IMG/VR virus record: IMGVR_UViG_3300047440_000469 | Source of the DNA: an uncultured virus (IMG/VR IMGVR_UViG_3300047440_000469) | Lineage: Duplodnaviria > Heunggongvirae > Uroviricota > Caudoviricetes | Direction: 5' to 3' (one strand) | Length of the DNA: 64,000 bases | Position numbers and translations under genes: made by a program | In this document: in pieces, positions 9,271-17,996 of the stretch | Position numbering within the stretch: the stretch's first letter is position 1 | Layout: each line of letters starts with the position of its first letter | Notes under the pieces: generated by a model | The model's input: the letters and a program-made list of their open reading frames with translations, nothing else | Database searches by the model: none | Told to the model about the DNA's origin: nothing

Positions 9271-9547
9271 TCCGCCGTCGAGCGTCCATTTAGACTAGGG
9301 TTTTTCTTCCACCAGGGCAAAACCCTGGTGGCCATCCTGCGTCAGAAATCCATCACTTATCCTGCAACGCCCTGAAATATCGGGCGGATTTTTGCGCGCG
9401 ACCTGCGGTTGCCGGACATGGTTAAAAACCGCACATAGTCTGCACTCGACCGCGATCCGTTTTCCATTCAACAAAATAAAGGTTGACAGACTTTCCATTA
9501 CACTAAAAATTGAGCGGACGCGATGGAAAACACGAGGCGGCCGCCCC

Positions 9548-10477
9548 ATGCAAGGTGTCGAGCGCATCAAGGTCAACGACCATTCCGCTTGGCTGGAACT
9601 GCGCAAGCGCGACGTGACCGCCTCGACGGTCGGCGCGCTGTTCGACGTCCACCCCTATTTGACGATCGCCGGCTTGCATGCCCTCAAGTGCGGTTTCGAT
9701 CTCGGCGGCCCGGATCCCGAGAGCGCAATAATTCGACGTGGCTTGGCGCTCGAACAGGTGGTCGCCGATGAGGTCGCGAAGCTGCGGCCCGGCTGGCAGA
9801 TCGTGAAGGCCACCGAATATCTGCGCGACGTCGATGTTCGGCTCGGCGCGACGCCTGACTTCTATATCCGCACCGAGGATGGCCGGCGAGGCGTCTTACA
9901 GACGAAGGTCGTCGAGGTCTCCAAATATCGGAAAGAGTGGCAGGAGAACGGTGCGCCGCCTTTATGGATTTCCCTGCAGGCACTGCAGGAATCCATGCTC
10001 GATGGGGCCGACTTCGGCGCTGTCGGCGCGCTCGCCATCGGTAGCTGGGCGTTCGATTGCGAGGTCTACGAGATCAGCCGCAACGAGCATGCCGAGAAGC
10101 GCATCCGCCAGGGAGCGGCGCGGTTCTGGGCCGACCTCGACGCCGGCAAGGTTCCGGAACTCGATTACAAGCGCGACGGCGACATCATCGCGGCGCTCTA
10201 TCCGATGGCTGAGCCGGGCAAGGTGATCGACCTTTCCGCCGACAATCGCATGCCCGAGCTGCTCGGCCAACGCGAGCTGCAGAAGACCATCGCTAAGGAG
10301 GCCGAGACGACGCTCGAGGAAATCGAGGCCGAGATCAAGGCCAAGCTCGGCGACGCCGAGGCCGCGATCGTAAGGGGCTGGAAGTCGGTCACGCTCAAAA
10401 ATCAGCACCGCGCCGGCTACACGGTCAAAGAGGCAGATTTCCGGGTGCTACGGGCGACGCGGGAGCAAGCGCAATGA
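9548..10477 (+). CDS. YqaJ-like exonuclease (lambda Exo family)
   Basis: WLELRKRDVTAS, RGLALE, GATPD, QTK motifs; upstream of RecT. Confidence 0.88.
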   Translation: MQGVERIKVNDHSAWLELRKRDVTASTVGALFDVHPYLTIAGLHALKCGFDLGGPDPESAIIRRGLALEQVVADEVAKLRPGWQIVKATEYLRDVDVRLGATPDFYIRTEDGRRGVLQTKVVEVSKYRKEWQENGAPPLWISLQALQESMLDGADFGAVGALAIGSWAFDCEVYEISRNEHAEKRIRQGAARFWADLDAGKVPELDYKRDGDIIAALYPMAEPGKVIDLSADNRMPELLGQRELQKTIAKEAETTLEEIEAEIKAKLGDAEAAIVRGWKSVTLKNQHRAGYTVKEADFRVLRATREQAQ

Positions 10478-10821
10478 ACTCCGACGTCATCACGACCCGT
10501 GCCGACCTTGAGCAGCACCTTATCGCGATCATGGCGGCGCTCGACGAGCAGGAGCGCAAGACCGGGACGCCGACGGCGGCTGTTTTCGTGCGCCTCATGC
10601 GCGCGATCTATCCGGTCTTCATGCGCGCCGTCGACGATGAATGCCGGGACGGCGTCGCGCCGAACGATCTCCTGACGGCGATCGAGACGCTGGTCTGCAA
10701 CATGCTCGAATATGCGCAACTCGTCGCCTTCATCGGCCGCGACCTCGTCGCCATGCTTTCGGGGCACACGAACCGTGACGGCATCGACATTATCAAAGTT
10801 CCACGCACCCGCGCGTCATGA
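10474..10821 (+). CDS. Hypothetical protein
   Basis: ATGA-coupled to YqaJ. Confidence 0.65.
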   Translation: MNSDVITTRADLEQHLIAIMAALDEQERKTGTPTAAVFVRLMRAIYPVFMRAVDDECRDGVAPNDLLTAIETLVCNMLEYAQLVAFIGRDLVAMLSGHTNRDGIDIIKVPRTRAS

Positions 10822-10833
10822 AGGAGGGGGAAG

Positions 10834-11241
10834 ATGGCGATCATCCGCTGGGCAGTGCTGATCTTCGTGGCCTTCGCATATCCGGCGCACGCCGAATGCC
10901 TGCACTCGGCGCAAGAGGTGCGCGACCAGCACCCCGGCGCCTGGCCGTCCTGGCATGGGCCCCGCTCGGCAAAATGCTGGTATCCCGATTTCACGCATCG
11001 CACGCGCACGGCAGCCAAGCGCAGCCGGCCGAAAACGGCGACGCCGCTGCCGCGCCCGCGGCCCGATGTCGAATTGCAGCTTGCGCTGCGGCAACCGAAG
11101 GCGCTGCGCGCCGACCGCGCCGCCCTGGTCGACATGTTCGATGAGATCATGGCCGCCGACAGCAAGACGAGACGGGCCTGGGCCTTGAACGGCGAAATAC
11201 GTGTCGAGATGTTCGAACAGACCGAGCAGGCCTCGCGATGA
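10834..11241 (+). CDS. Hypothetical exported protein
   Basis: Strong SD; signal peptide ending PAHA; C...WPSWH...CWY. Confidence 0.65.
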   Translation: MAIIRWAVLIFVAFAYPAHAECLHSAQEVRDQHPGAWPSWHGPRSAKCWYPDFTHRTRTAAKRSRPKTATPLPRPRPDVELQLALRQPKALRADRAALVDMFDEIMAADSKTRRAWALNGEIRVEMFEQTEQASR

Positions 11242-11660
11242 CGGACGATGGCTGGGAATGGGCCGCGGTCGAGATTTTCGGCCACCGCTGCCACGCCGGC
11301 CGCATCCGCGAGGAGGAGCGATTCGGCGTCAAGATGCTTCGCATCGATGTCCCGGTAGCCGGCGACCCGCAAAAGCACGGTTGGAAAACGCACTGGTACG
11401 GCGGCGCGAGCATCTTCTCGCTGGTGTTGACCGACGAGGCATCGGCGATGGTCGCTAACAAGCCTTATGACGCGCCCGCGCTCCACCGGCTGCCATATCG
11501 GCCGGGCGCGGAAGAGGAGGAAGACGCCGGCATGAGCGACGACTACGGCGTGCGCGCGACGCTGTCGCCGGCCGAGCGCATCAAAGCCGCCGCCGACCGC
11601 GCCGAGGCGCGCGCGGCCAGAACCGCACAGAAGCCGGGCAATGACGAGCCGCCATTCTGA
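11238..11660 (+). CDS. Conserved-looking phage hypothetical protein
   Basis: WAAVEIFGHRCHAGRIREEERFGVKMLRIDVP; ATGA coupling. Confidence 0.7.
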   Translation: MTDDGWEWAAVEIFGHRCHAGRIREEERFGVKMLRIDVPVAGDPQKHGWKTHWYGGASIFSLVLTDEASAMVANKPYDAPALHRLPYRPGAEEEEDAGMSDDYGVRATLSPAERIKAAADRAEARAARTAQKPGNDEPPF

Positions 11661-11679
11661 CCAGAAGAAAAGAGGAACC

Positions 11680-12927
11680 ATGAATCAGCAAGTCGCCAGG
11701 ACAACATCACAGCGCGCCGCCGCCAGCCGCAGCCAGGCGCCGACGCAAAGCCAGAGGCAGAACGCCGTCGCCGTCATCGACCAGTTTCGCGCCGACCTCG
11801 AAAAGATGCGCCCGCAGTTTGCGATGGCGCTCGGCGGTCCGGCGGAAAAGGTCGATCGGTTCACGCGCGTCATCATGACGGCGATCCAGAACAACCCGAA
11901 ACTTCTGCAGTGCGAGCGGCGGTCGCTGCTCAACGCGGCGATGAAGGCGGCGCAGGATGACTTGCTGCCCGATGGCCGCGAGGGCGCGATCGTGCCGTTC
12001 GGCGAGAACGAAGACGGCCAGAAGAAAAGCGACCAGGCGCAATGGATGCCGATGATCGCCGGACTGCGCAAGAAGGCGCGCAACTCCGGCCTGCTCGTCG
12101 ACTGGTACTGCGAGGTCGTGCACGACGGCGACCATTATGTCTATGAGAAGGGAGACGAGGCGCGCATCGAGCATACGCCGTCGCGCGGTTCGCGCACCCG
12201 GCCCATCATCGCCGCTTACTCGATTGCCAAGTTCAAGGACGGTTCGATCTCACGCGAATGGATGTGGATCGAGGAGATCGAGGACGTCCGCAAGGAATAC
12301 TCGCGCGCCAAGCGGGGCCCATGGGCGAACCCGGTGAGTTACCCCGAGATGTGCAAGAAGACGGTGGCGCGGCTGCATGCCAAGACGCTGCCGTCGTCGA
12401 CCGACCTCGATGCCGTGCTGCGCCGCGACGACGTGCTCTACAACCCGGAAGGCGGCGGCCAGGTGCGGGCGGCGCGCGAGCGGGCGGCCATAGCCAGGCC
12501 TGCGAACGCCAACGCGGCGCTGGCGCACTTCGGCAGCGCCGCCGGCGCCGACGATGAAGGCGACGAGCTCGACCCGCGCCCAGGCGACGGCCAGGTCATT
12601 GAGCATGAACACGAAAATCCGGCACCAGGAGAATCCGGCGAGGAGGTGGGACCGAGCGCGGCTGACATCTTCGCCACCAACATCGCCAAGGCGGCGAAGC
12701 ACCCGCCCAAGAACCGCGCCGCGTTTGAGGCGCTCACCCTCACGCTGATCAACATCGCGCGCGACATGGGGCCAGAGGCGGGCGCTGATGCGCTGGCGGC
12801 ATGGTGGCCGAGCGAGGCGACGCGCAAGCTGCGCAACGGCGCTGGCATGACGGCCGACGAGACGGCGACGCTCTATGACATGGTCAAGCAAGCAGTCGAA
12901 GAGCTGCGCCAGGGCGTGGCGGCTTGA
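11680..12927 (+). CDS. recT: RecT-family single-strand annealing protein
   Basis: NPKLLQCERRS, LLPDGREGAIVPF, GPW...EMCKKTV...KTLPSS. Confidence 0.9.
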   Translation: MNQQVARTTSQRAAASRSQAPTQSQRQNAVAVIDQFRADLEKMRPQFAMALGGPAEKVDRFTRVIMTAIQNNPKLLQCERRSLLNAAMKAAQDDLLPDGREGAIVPFGENEDGQKKSDQAQWMPMIAGLRKKARNSGLLVDWYCEVVHDGDHYVYEKGDEARIEHTPSRGSRTRPIIAAYSIAKFKDGSISREWMWIEEIEDVRKEYSRAKRGPWANPVSYPEMCKKTVARLHAKTLPSSTDLDAVLRRDDVLYNPEGGGQVRAARERAAIARPANANAALAHFGSAAGADDEGDELDPRPGDGQVIEHEHENPAPGESGEEVGPSAADIFATNIAKAAKHPPKNRAAFEALTLTLINIARDMGPEAGADALAAWWPSEATRKLRNGAGMTADETATLYDMVKQAVEELRQGVAA

Positions 12928-13562
12928 CCATGGTCCCCGTCGCGAACCACGCGAGCGCGACCGACGTCAGGGCCGGCGCCCGCCAGGCCCTGGAATGGCG
13001 CCGCCGAATGTTCCGTTTGCCGGAACGGATCGAGCGGGTGCCGATCTCGGCCGTGGTCGCCGTGGTGCCTGTGCGGCCGATGCGAGGGCGCATGCCGACC
13101 GAGCTCGAACTCTATGACCATGAGAGATTTCCGCGAGAGAAACCGATGAACCGATCGAGACCCGACAGCGCACATTTCGACGATTACGTCGCCGAACTGT
13201 TCTGGGGCAACAGGTCGTTTGCCGGCGCCGTCGTCAAACGCATCGTCGCCATCACGGCCGCGGAATTCCATGTCACGACCGCGGAATTGCTGGCGATTTC
13301 CGATGAGGGTGGATCGCGGCGGCCGGGCGTCGTCGTTCCGCGCCAAGTCGCGATGTACGTCGCGCGCACCGTCGCCCATCGCACCTATCCCGACATCGCC
13401 CGCCGCATGGGCGGGCGCGATCACACCACCGTGCTCCATGCGGTGCGGCGCACCGAGCAGCGGCTCGCCGACGGCGAGGCCGCTATCGTCCGCAAAGTCA
13501 AAGCGATCCGCGAGAAGGTGCTCGCCGGGGTGCCGGGATTTAACTGGACCGTGCTGATGTAA
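12924..13562 (+). CDS. Protein with DnaA C-terminal (domain IV) DNA-binding domain
   Basis: PRQVAMYVAR...YPDIARRMGGRDHTTVLHAVRR. Confidence 0.88.
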   Translation: MTMVPVANHASATDVRAGARQALEWRRRMFRLPERIERVPISAVVAVVPVRPMRGRMPTELELYDHERFPREKPMNRSRPDSAHFDDYVAELFWGNRSFAGAVVKRIVAITAAEFHVTTAELLAISDEGGSRRPGVVVPRQVAMYVARTVAHRTYPDIARRMGGRDHTTVLHAVRRTEQRLADGEAAIVRKVKAIREKVLAGVPGFNWTVLM

Positions 13563-13624
13563 TTTTTTTATTTCGGTAGAAATCTTAGGGCGGGATGTCC
13601 TATGTAGGGAGTTGAGACGCCTCC

Positions 13625-14023
13625 ATGTCAATCAAGACTTTTAACTTGGACGACGTTTGTGAGCGCCTCAGCGTGAAGCGACGTTTTCTGGCTGACTGGC
13701 TTCGCAAACATCCTTGGGACGAAAACGGACAACCGTTTTACTCGGCCCGCGCCGGCAAGGTGAAGCTGTTCACAGAAATAGACATTACGCGAATTTTTGC
13801 GGCACTTCCCAAGCCAGAGGCTCAACCATGCCCCTCTACCTCTCAACCCCAACCAAGAAGCACCCCACCTATCGCATTCGTGGGAAGCACCTCGGAATCA
13901 AAGTTGACCGAAGCGCTGGCACTCGCGAGAAAACTGTCGCGCAAAAAATCCTCGTCAAGATCAGGGAAGAAATCGAACGTGGTGCCTTTGCCCGACCGGG
14001 CGAACAGACATTCACCGACCTAG
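13625..14023 (+). CDS. Excisionase-like HTH protein
   Basis: FNLDDVCERLSVKRRFLADWL...LFTEIDI; immediately upstream of and overlapping int. Confidence 0.65.
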   Translation: MSIKTFNLDDVCERLSVKRRFLADWLRKHPWDENGQPFYSARAGKVKLFTEIDITRIFAALPKPEAQPCPSTSQPQPRSTPPIAFVGSTSESKLTEALALARKLSRKKSSSRSGKKSNVVPLPDRANRHSPT

Positions 14024-14952
14024 CGGTAAGCTATATGCAGGCTGGAAAGGAGGCCCGATTTCTCGAGCCGCTTATTGCGCATTTCAGAGACAAGTTGCCC
14101 AGGCTCATAACGCAGGCTGACCTTGATGAAGCCGCAACAAGACTCTACCCGGGAGCGACTGCAGCGACACGCAATCGGCAGGTTTACACACCGGTCTCAG
14201 CGATCCTGCAGCATGCCAAAATCAAAACCGGCTTCAATCGCCCGGAGGGCGCCGACGGCAACAGGCGCAATGTATGGCTGACCGAGCAGCAGGCCGGCGA
14301 CCTTATCGCCGCCGCGCGCGCCAGGGTGACGGCGGCTGAAAAAGCCATCGAGCCTACACCCCGTCAATTCCGCGGCGCCGCGCGCGCCAGGGTGCGAAGC
14401 GCCAAACGGTTCGCCGCCCTCTGTTATTTTCTGCTCTACACCGGCTGCCGGCTTTCCGAGGCGCTCAACCTTGAGCCCGGTGACATCGAATTGCCGTTCG
14501 CCATGGCGCACGTCCGCGAGACTAAGAACGACGATCCGCGGCCGGTTCATTTGCCGCCGCACGTCGTCGCCGAGCTCGCCAATATTGAATTCGGCAAAGA
14601 GCGAGTGTTCGGCTTTGCCGGCAAGTGCGGCCGCCTTTACGAATGGCTCGATGAGATCGCGACCGCGGCCGGCGTCACGATTCCCGACCGCGTCGCGTTC
14701 CATATTTTCCGACACACCTGGGGCAAGTGGATGCGCCGTTATGCCGGGCTCGACACGACGGGCCTGGTGGCGACCCGCGCCTGGAGGTCGCGCCAGGGCG
14801 CCGAGATCTACGAGCACGCCGAGACCACCGAGGAAGCGCGCAAGGCCGACCTGTTGCCGCTCGTGGCGGAGCGACGGGAGACGGGCGCTATACGGGCGCA
14901 ACCCGATCAGACGGCGACATTTCCCAATGATTTCAATAGGAGGCGAGCGTGA
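13828..14952 (+). CDS. int: Tyrosine integrase
   Basis: YTGCRLSE (R), ETKND (K), HIFRHTW (HxxR), EIYEH (Y). Confidence 0.93.
   Translation: MPLYLSTPTKKHPTYRIRGKHLGIKVDRSAGTREKTVAQKILVKIREEIERGAFARPGEQTFTDLAVSYMQAGKEARFLEPLIAHFRDKLPRLITQADLDEAATRLYPGATAATRNRQVYTPVSAILQHAKIKTGFNRPEGADGNRRNVWLTEQQAGDLIAAARARVTAAEKAIEPTPRQFRGAARARVRSAKRFAALCYFLLYTGCRLSEALNLEPGDIELPFAMAHVRETKNDDPRPVHLPPHVVAELANIEFGKERVFGFAGKCGRLYEWLDEIATAAGVTIPDRVAFHIFRHTWGKWMRRYAGLDTTGLVATRAWRSRQGAEIYEHAETTEEARKADLLPLVAERRETGAIRAQPDQTATFPNDFNRRRA
14880..14901 (+). repeat. Arm-type att repeat, left copy
   Basis: GACGGGCGCTATACGGGCGCAA, identical to 15102-15123. Confidence 0.75.
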
Positions 14953-14958
14953 GGTCTC

Positions 14959-15007
14959 TCCCTTCACACGGGATAGGTCGCAGGTTCAATCCCTGCCGCG
15001 CCCACCA
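14959..15007 (+). other. attP core: 3' half of tRNA-Val(CAC)
   Basis: TCCC-TTCACAC-GGGA anticodon arm, GCAGG-TTCAATC-CCTGC T arm, ends CCCACCA; no D arm or 5' acceptor strand; 6 nt after the int stop. Confidence 0.88.
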
Positions 15008-15101
15008 CAAAAAGCCTAGTATTTCAACGGCTTTAGCGGCGTTCCCCCAAAACGGCGTTTTACACAATAAACCAGAACGTCACATGAACATGCATCATCG
15101 T

Positions 15102-15123
15102 GACGGGCGCTATACGGGCGCAA
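15102..15123 (+). repeat. Arm-type att repeat, right copy
   Basis: Identical 22-mer to 14880-14901. Confidence 0.75.
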
Positions 15124-15169
15124 ATCAGCACCAAAAGAACGAATCGAAAACCCACCAAAAAGGTGGCCG

Positions 15170-15493
15170 ATGACCGACGTTACCGATCTTTGCTTCTGCC
15201 CACGCTGCGGCCGATCGCATCGCAAACTCGGTGAGCCGCCGAGCGCGCGCGGCATCCGCAAACGCTGCGCTGCGATGCTCGACAAGCTGGCAACCGATAG
15301 GATGCTGCGCCAGGGATCACCGGTCGATGACCTCCTCAATTTCGTGATCGCCGAGCGCGGACGCGCTGTCGAGCCGCGCTTCGAGCAGGCGCTGCCGCTC
15401 TGCCTCTACTTCGCGACCGAGCAGGACCGCGACGAGTTCCTGGCGGTCTTTCGCGAACTCAAGCCCACCATGATGACCAGGAAGGTGCCATGA
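15170..15493 (+). CDS. Hypothetical protein with N-terminal CxxC
   Basis: AGGTGG SD; CPRCGRSH. Confidence 0.65.
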   Translation: MTDVTDLCFCPRCGRSHRKLGEPPSARGIRKRCAAMLDKLATDRMLRQGSPVDDLLNFVIAERGRAVEPRFEQALPLCLYFATEQDRDEFLAVFRELKPTMMTRKVP

Positions 15494-15718
15494 AATTCGT
15501 CCGCACTCTGGCGGTGCGGCGAATCCGGCCGCTCCCGTTTTCCCCGCCCCTACCCCGCGGGGGCGGCCGGTCTCCTCAATAGGTGAACAAGAAATGGCTG
15601 AAACCCGGAAACGCTGGCGCGTCGAAACGAAGGTGGTGACCAAGCGGGTTTGGCGACATGATCGAGACATATGAAAGCATGCGGAGATCGCGGCAATGAT
15701 TACCGAGACGACGCCGTC

Positions 15719-15738
15719 TATTAGGTAGCTGTCTCACC
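15719..15738 (+). repeat. Left terminal inverted repeat
   Basis: TATTAGGTAGCTGTCTCACC. Confidence 0.9.
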
Positions 15739-15844
15739 TAAAATATTTTACAACTTTTTCCACGACTTATTGGAAATCAATTTCCACGTTTGACGGCTAC
15801 CGCACGCAACGGTTATTACGAATCAACGAACGCGAATCAGCAGC

Positions 15845-15946
15845 CCTCCATCGCTAACCCCAGCACCCCGGAAGCCCTGAAACGGCGCGGGGCACAATGG
15901 GGTGCTCCGGGGTGACAGGCCCGGCCTGTCTCTCAAGCGATGGAGG
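15845..15946 (+). promoter_or_regulatory. Structured RNA leader sequestering the SD of the 38-aa ORF
   Basis: CCTCCATCGCT (15845-55) pairs with AGCGATGGAGG (15936-46); AGCACCCC/GGGGTGCT and GACAGGC/GCCTGTC inner stems; TTGACG -35-like box at 15790. Confidence 0.6.
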
Positions 15947-15951
15947 CGCCA

Positions 15952-16068
15952 ATGAGCGCGTTCGTCGTTGCCGGGGAAAAGACCGTATTTGTGCGGGAGT
16001 ATCTCCGGTGCCGTTACGGAAAATGGGAGGTGGTGACCTCCCATTTCCGCAGGCCACCTCAGCGTTAG
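15952..16068 (+). CDS. 38-aa basic small protein (absent from the ORF track)
   Basis: MSAFVVAGEKTVFVREYLRCRYGKWEVVTSHFRRPPQR; GGAGG 5 nt upstream; terminator downstream. Confidence 0.65.
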   Translation: MSAFVVAGEKTVFVREYLRCRYGKWEVVTSHFRRPPQR

Positions 16069-16099
16069 CGAAGGCGACCAATAAACGTCCCTCAGACTT

Positions 16100-16125
16100 G
16101 GTGGCCCTTCGGGGCCGCCCTTTTT
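16100..16125 (+). terminator. Intrinsic terminator
   Basis: GGTGGCCC-TTCG-GGGCCGCC followed by CTTTTT. Confidence 0.75.
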
Positions 16126-16345
16126 GCACGAATCAATATACAACCTACGCGGACTCCGTCAATGAGTCACAATCCGCGAGGTCAAAGTAGGGTACACGTA
16201 AGAGTCTATTTTGCAATTTCCCAAAGCCCAAGGCTACGAACGGAACATTTCCAACAAGATCAGTCGTGGCACATTTACTGCCGTTTTCTTTGTGCAGTGC
16301 ATGGAAGCTATCGGCTGTAAAACCATCCATTTGGAGGAAGAATAG

Positions 16346-17065
16346 ATGTCCCTTGCTGAGTACGAATCTATTGTGCCCCAGCGAAGGACGAAGCGTCGCG
16401 TTCGTAATGGGCAGCCGTCGAACGAGCTGGTCTTCTCAGCTTGTCAGGGGACCAATGACGAACTATTCCCCTCGATTTTGTCCTTGTATGTCGCGCCCGG
16501 CAGCACGGTCGCCGATATCACCTACGGCAAGGGCGTCTTCTGGAAGAAAGTTGATAAGAAGGTGTACAAGCTGAAAACGACCGACCTTGCGACGGGTACC
16601 GATTGTCGCAAGCTGCCGTACCGCTCTAATTCGATTGATTGCGTTGTTTTTGATCCACCATACATGCACACTCCGGGCGGAAGTGCTCATGTCGGCCATC
16701 AAAATTTTGAGCAATACTACGCTAATAACGGCACCGCTCATCCGTCGAAAAAATATCACGAAGCGGTGCTTGATTTGTATTTCAGCACCGGAAGCGAGGC
16801 TAAACGGGTTTTACGCGACGGCGGTGTATTTATCGTCAAGTGTCAGGACGAAGTGTGTGCGAATCAACAGCGCTTAACACACGTCGAAATCATAAATCAC
16901 TATGTGTCACTAGGATTTTGCGTCGAGGACTTGTTCGTGCTGATGCGCGTGAACAAGCCCGGCATGAGCCGAGTCGCAAAGCAGGTACATGCACGTAAGA
17001 ATCATTCATATTTCATCGTGTTTTGGAAACGCATAGGAAGGGGGCGATGGAAAGGCCCACAATAA
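16346..17065 (+). CDS. Amino (N6-A/N4-C) DNA methyltransferase
   Basis: DITYGKGVFW SAM-binding motif, FDPPY catalytic motif; GGAGG SD. Confidence 0.88.
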   Translation: MSLAEYESIVPQRRTKRRVRNGQPSNELVFSACQGTNDELFPSILSLYVAPGSTVADITYGKGVFWKKVDKKVYKLKTTDLATGTDCRKLPYRSNSIDCVVFDPPYMHTPGGSAHVGHQNFEQYYANNGTAHPSKKYHEAVLDLYFSTGSEAKRVLRDGGVFIVKCQDEVCANQQRLTHVEIINHYVSLGFCVEDLFVLMRVNKPGMSRVAKQVHARKNHSYFIVFWKRIGRGRWKGPQ

Positions 17066-17569
17066 ATCCAGTTGATCTCTTAGTTGAGATCATAAAGGAG
17101 CATTCGCCAGAGGACATTTGGCAAGGCTCGCCTCTAATGGGTTACCGAAATCTCGGCAATACGAACAGGGGGGAAATCGGCGAAGAATTTGTTCGGCGCT
17201 ATCTGAAGGCCGCATGCATTGAAGTCAGCGATAAAGGAAACAGGTCCTCGGTCACAGACATGCTGATCGGAGGTCGCCGTTTTGAAATAAAAACTGCATC
17301 GCTTGGAGCCAATTTAACATTCCAATTCAATCACGTTCGGCTTGATCGAACAAGTTCTCCTTTGTCTTGGGATTTGCCCACAAGAAATTGTATTCAACGC
17401 TTGGCGGAAAGGCGCTGTAGCCGAGGATAAAGCGGGCCATTTGGTGCGAATGGCCGAAGGACAGGCCGTAACCTACAAGCTCACTAAGAAGCTATCCGAC
17501 ATGAAGCCCCTATCTGATTTATTGGAAATGCTTGGAACCGACTGGGACATCCGGCCAGCCAGCCGGTGA
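17047..17569 (+). pseudogene. PD-(D/E)xK restriction endonuclease-like gene split by a frameshift near 17350
   Basis: RGEIGEEFV, TD-x8-EIKTA, FQFNHVRLDR in one frame, continuing QVLLCLGICP in the +1 frame; overlaps the MTase 3' end. Confidence 0.75.
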
Positions 17570-17584
17570 GACAGCTACCTAATA
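17565..17584 (-). repeat. Right terminal inverted repeat
   Basis: GGTGAGACAGCTACCTAATA, exact reverse complement of 15719-15738; contains the endonuclease stop codon. Confidence 0.9.
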
Positions 17585-17996
17585 CCGACGACGCCAAACA
17601 ACAGAGTCGAGGCAGAGAAGGATCCAGGCTGGCACTGGCGCAACTGTCGCAACATTGGCATCAACGTAGGATTTTTCCCACTGCAATGGAGGTTTCTTAT
17701 TTGGCGCGATGGTGATGTGTATGGCGTTGATCGCAGCCTCGCGATTGGCCCATTACGGATCACGCTTCACGCCGATATCGGAAATCCCGGCAGCGAAAAT
17801 CGCTTTGAGGCTTGGTGCGGTCTGTGCGAGGCGGAAGCCTATGATCGCGCGCTGCGGTATGAGCACCGCCGTAGCCAAAACATCCGGCGATAATTTTTCT
17901 TATAGAAAAAAATTATATTGCAATCGAATGCAAAACATGTACAACCGACGACAGAAGCCCGTCCTGCGGGTACATCTTTTCGAAAGGGGTTAGCAC

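Larger units (their letters stand above)
15716..17587. mobile_element. Non-autonomous, transposase-free insertion cassette (IS1595-like ends) carrying an R-M pair
   Basis: 20-bp perfect TIRs, 8-bp direct repeat ACGACGCC at 15708-15715 and 17588-17595, lower GC, interrupts an ORF. Confidence 0.88.
15696..17893 (+). pseudogene. 105-aa phage gene interrupted at codon 7 by the TIR-flanked cassette
   Basis: Joining 15696-15715 to 17596-17893 restores MITETTPNNRVEAEKDPGWHWRNCRNIG...SQNIRR*, with GGAG upstream. Confidence 0.85.

Noticed and set aside
14951..15007. Complete tRNA gene
   Set aside because: Only the anticodon arm to CCA is present; the upstream sequence is the int 3' end, so it is an att core.
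15716..17587. Autonomous IS element
   Set aside because: No ORF with DDE or transposase Zn-ribbon motifs between the TIRs.
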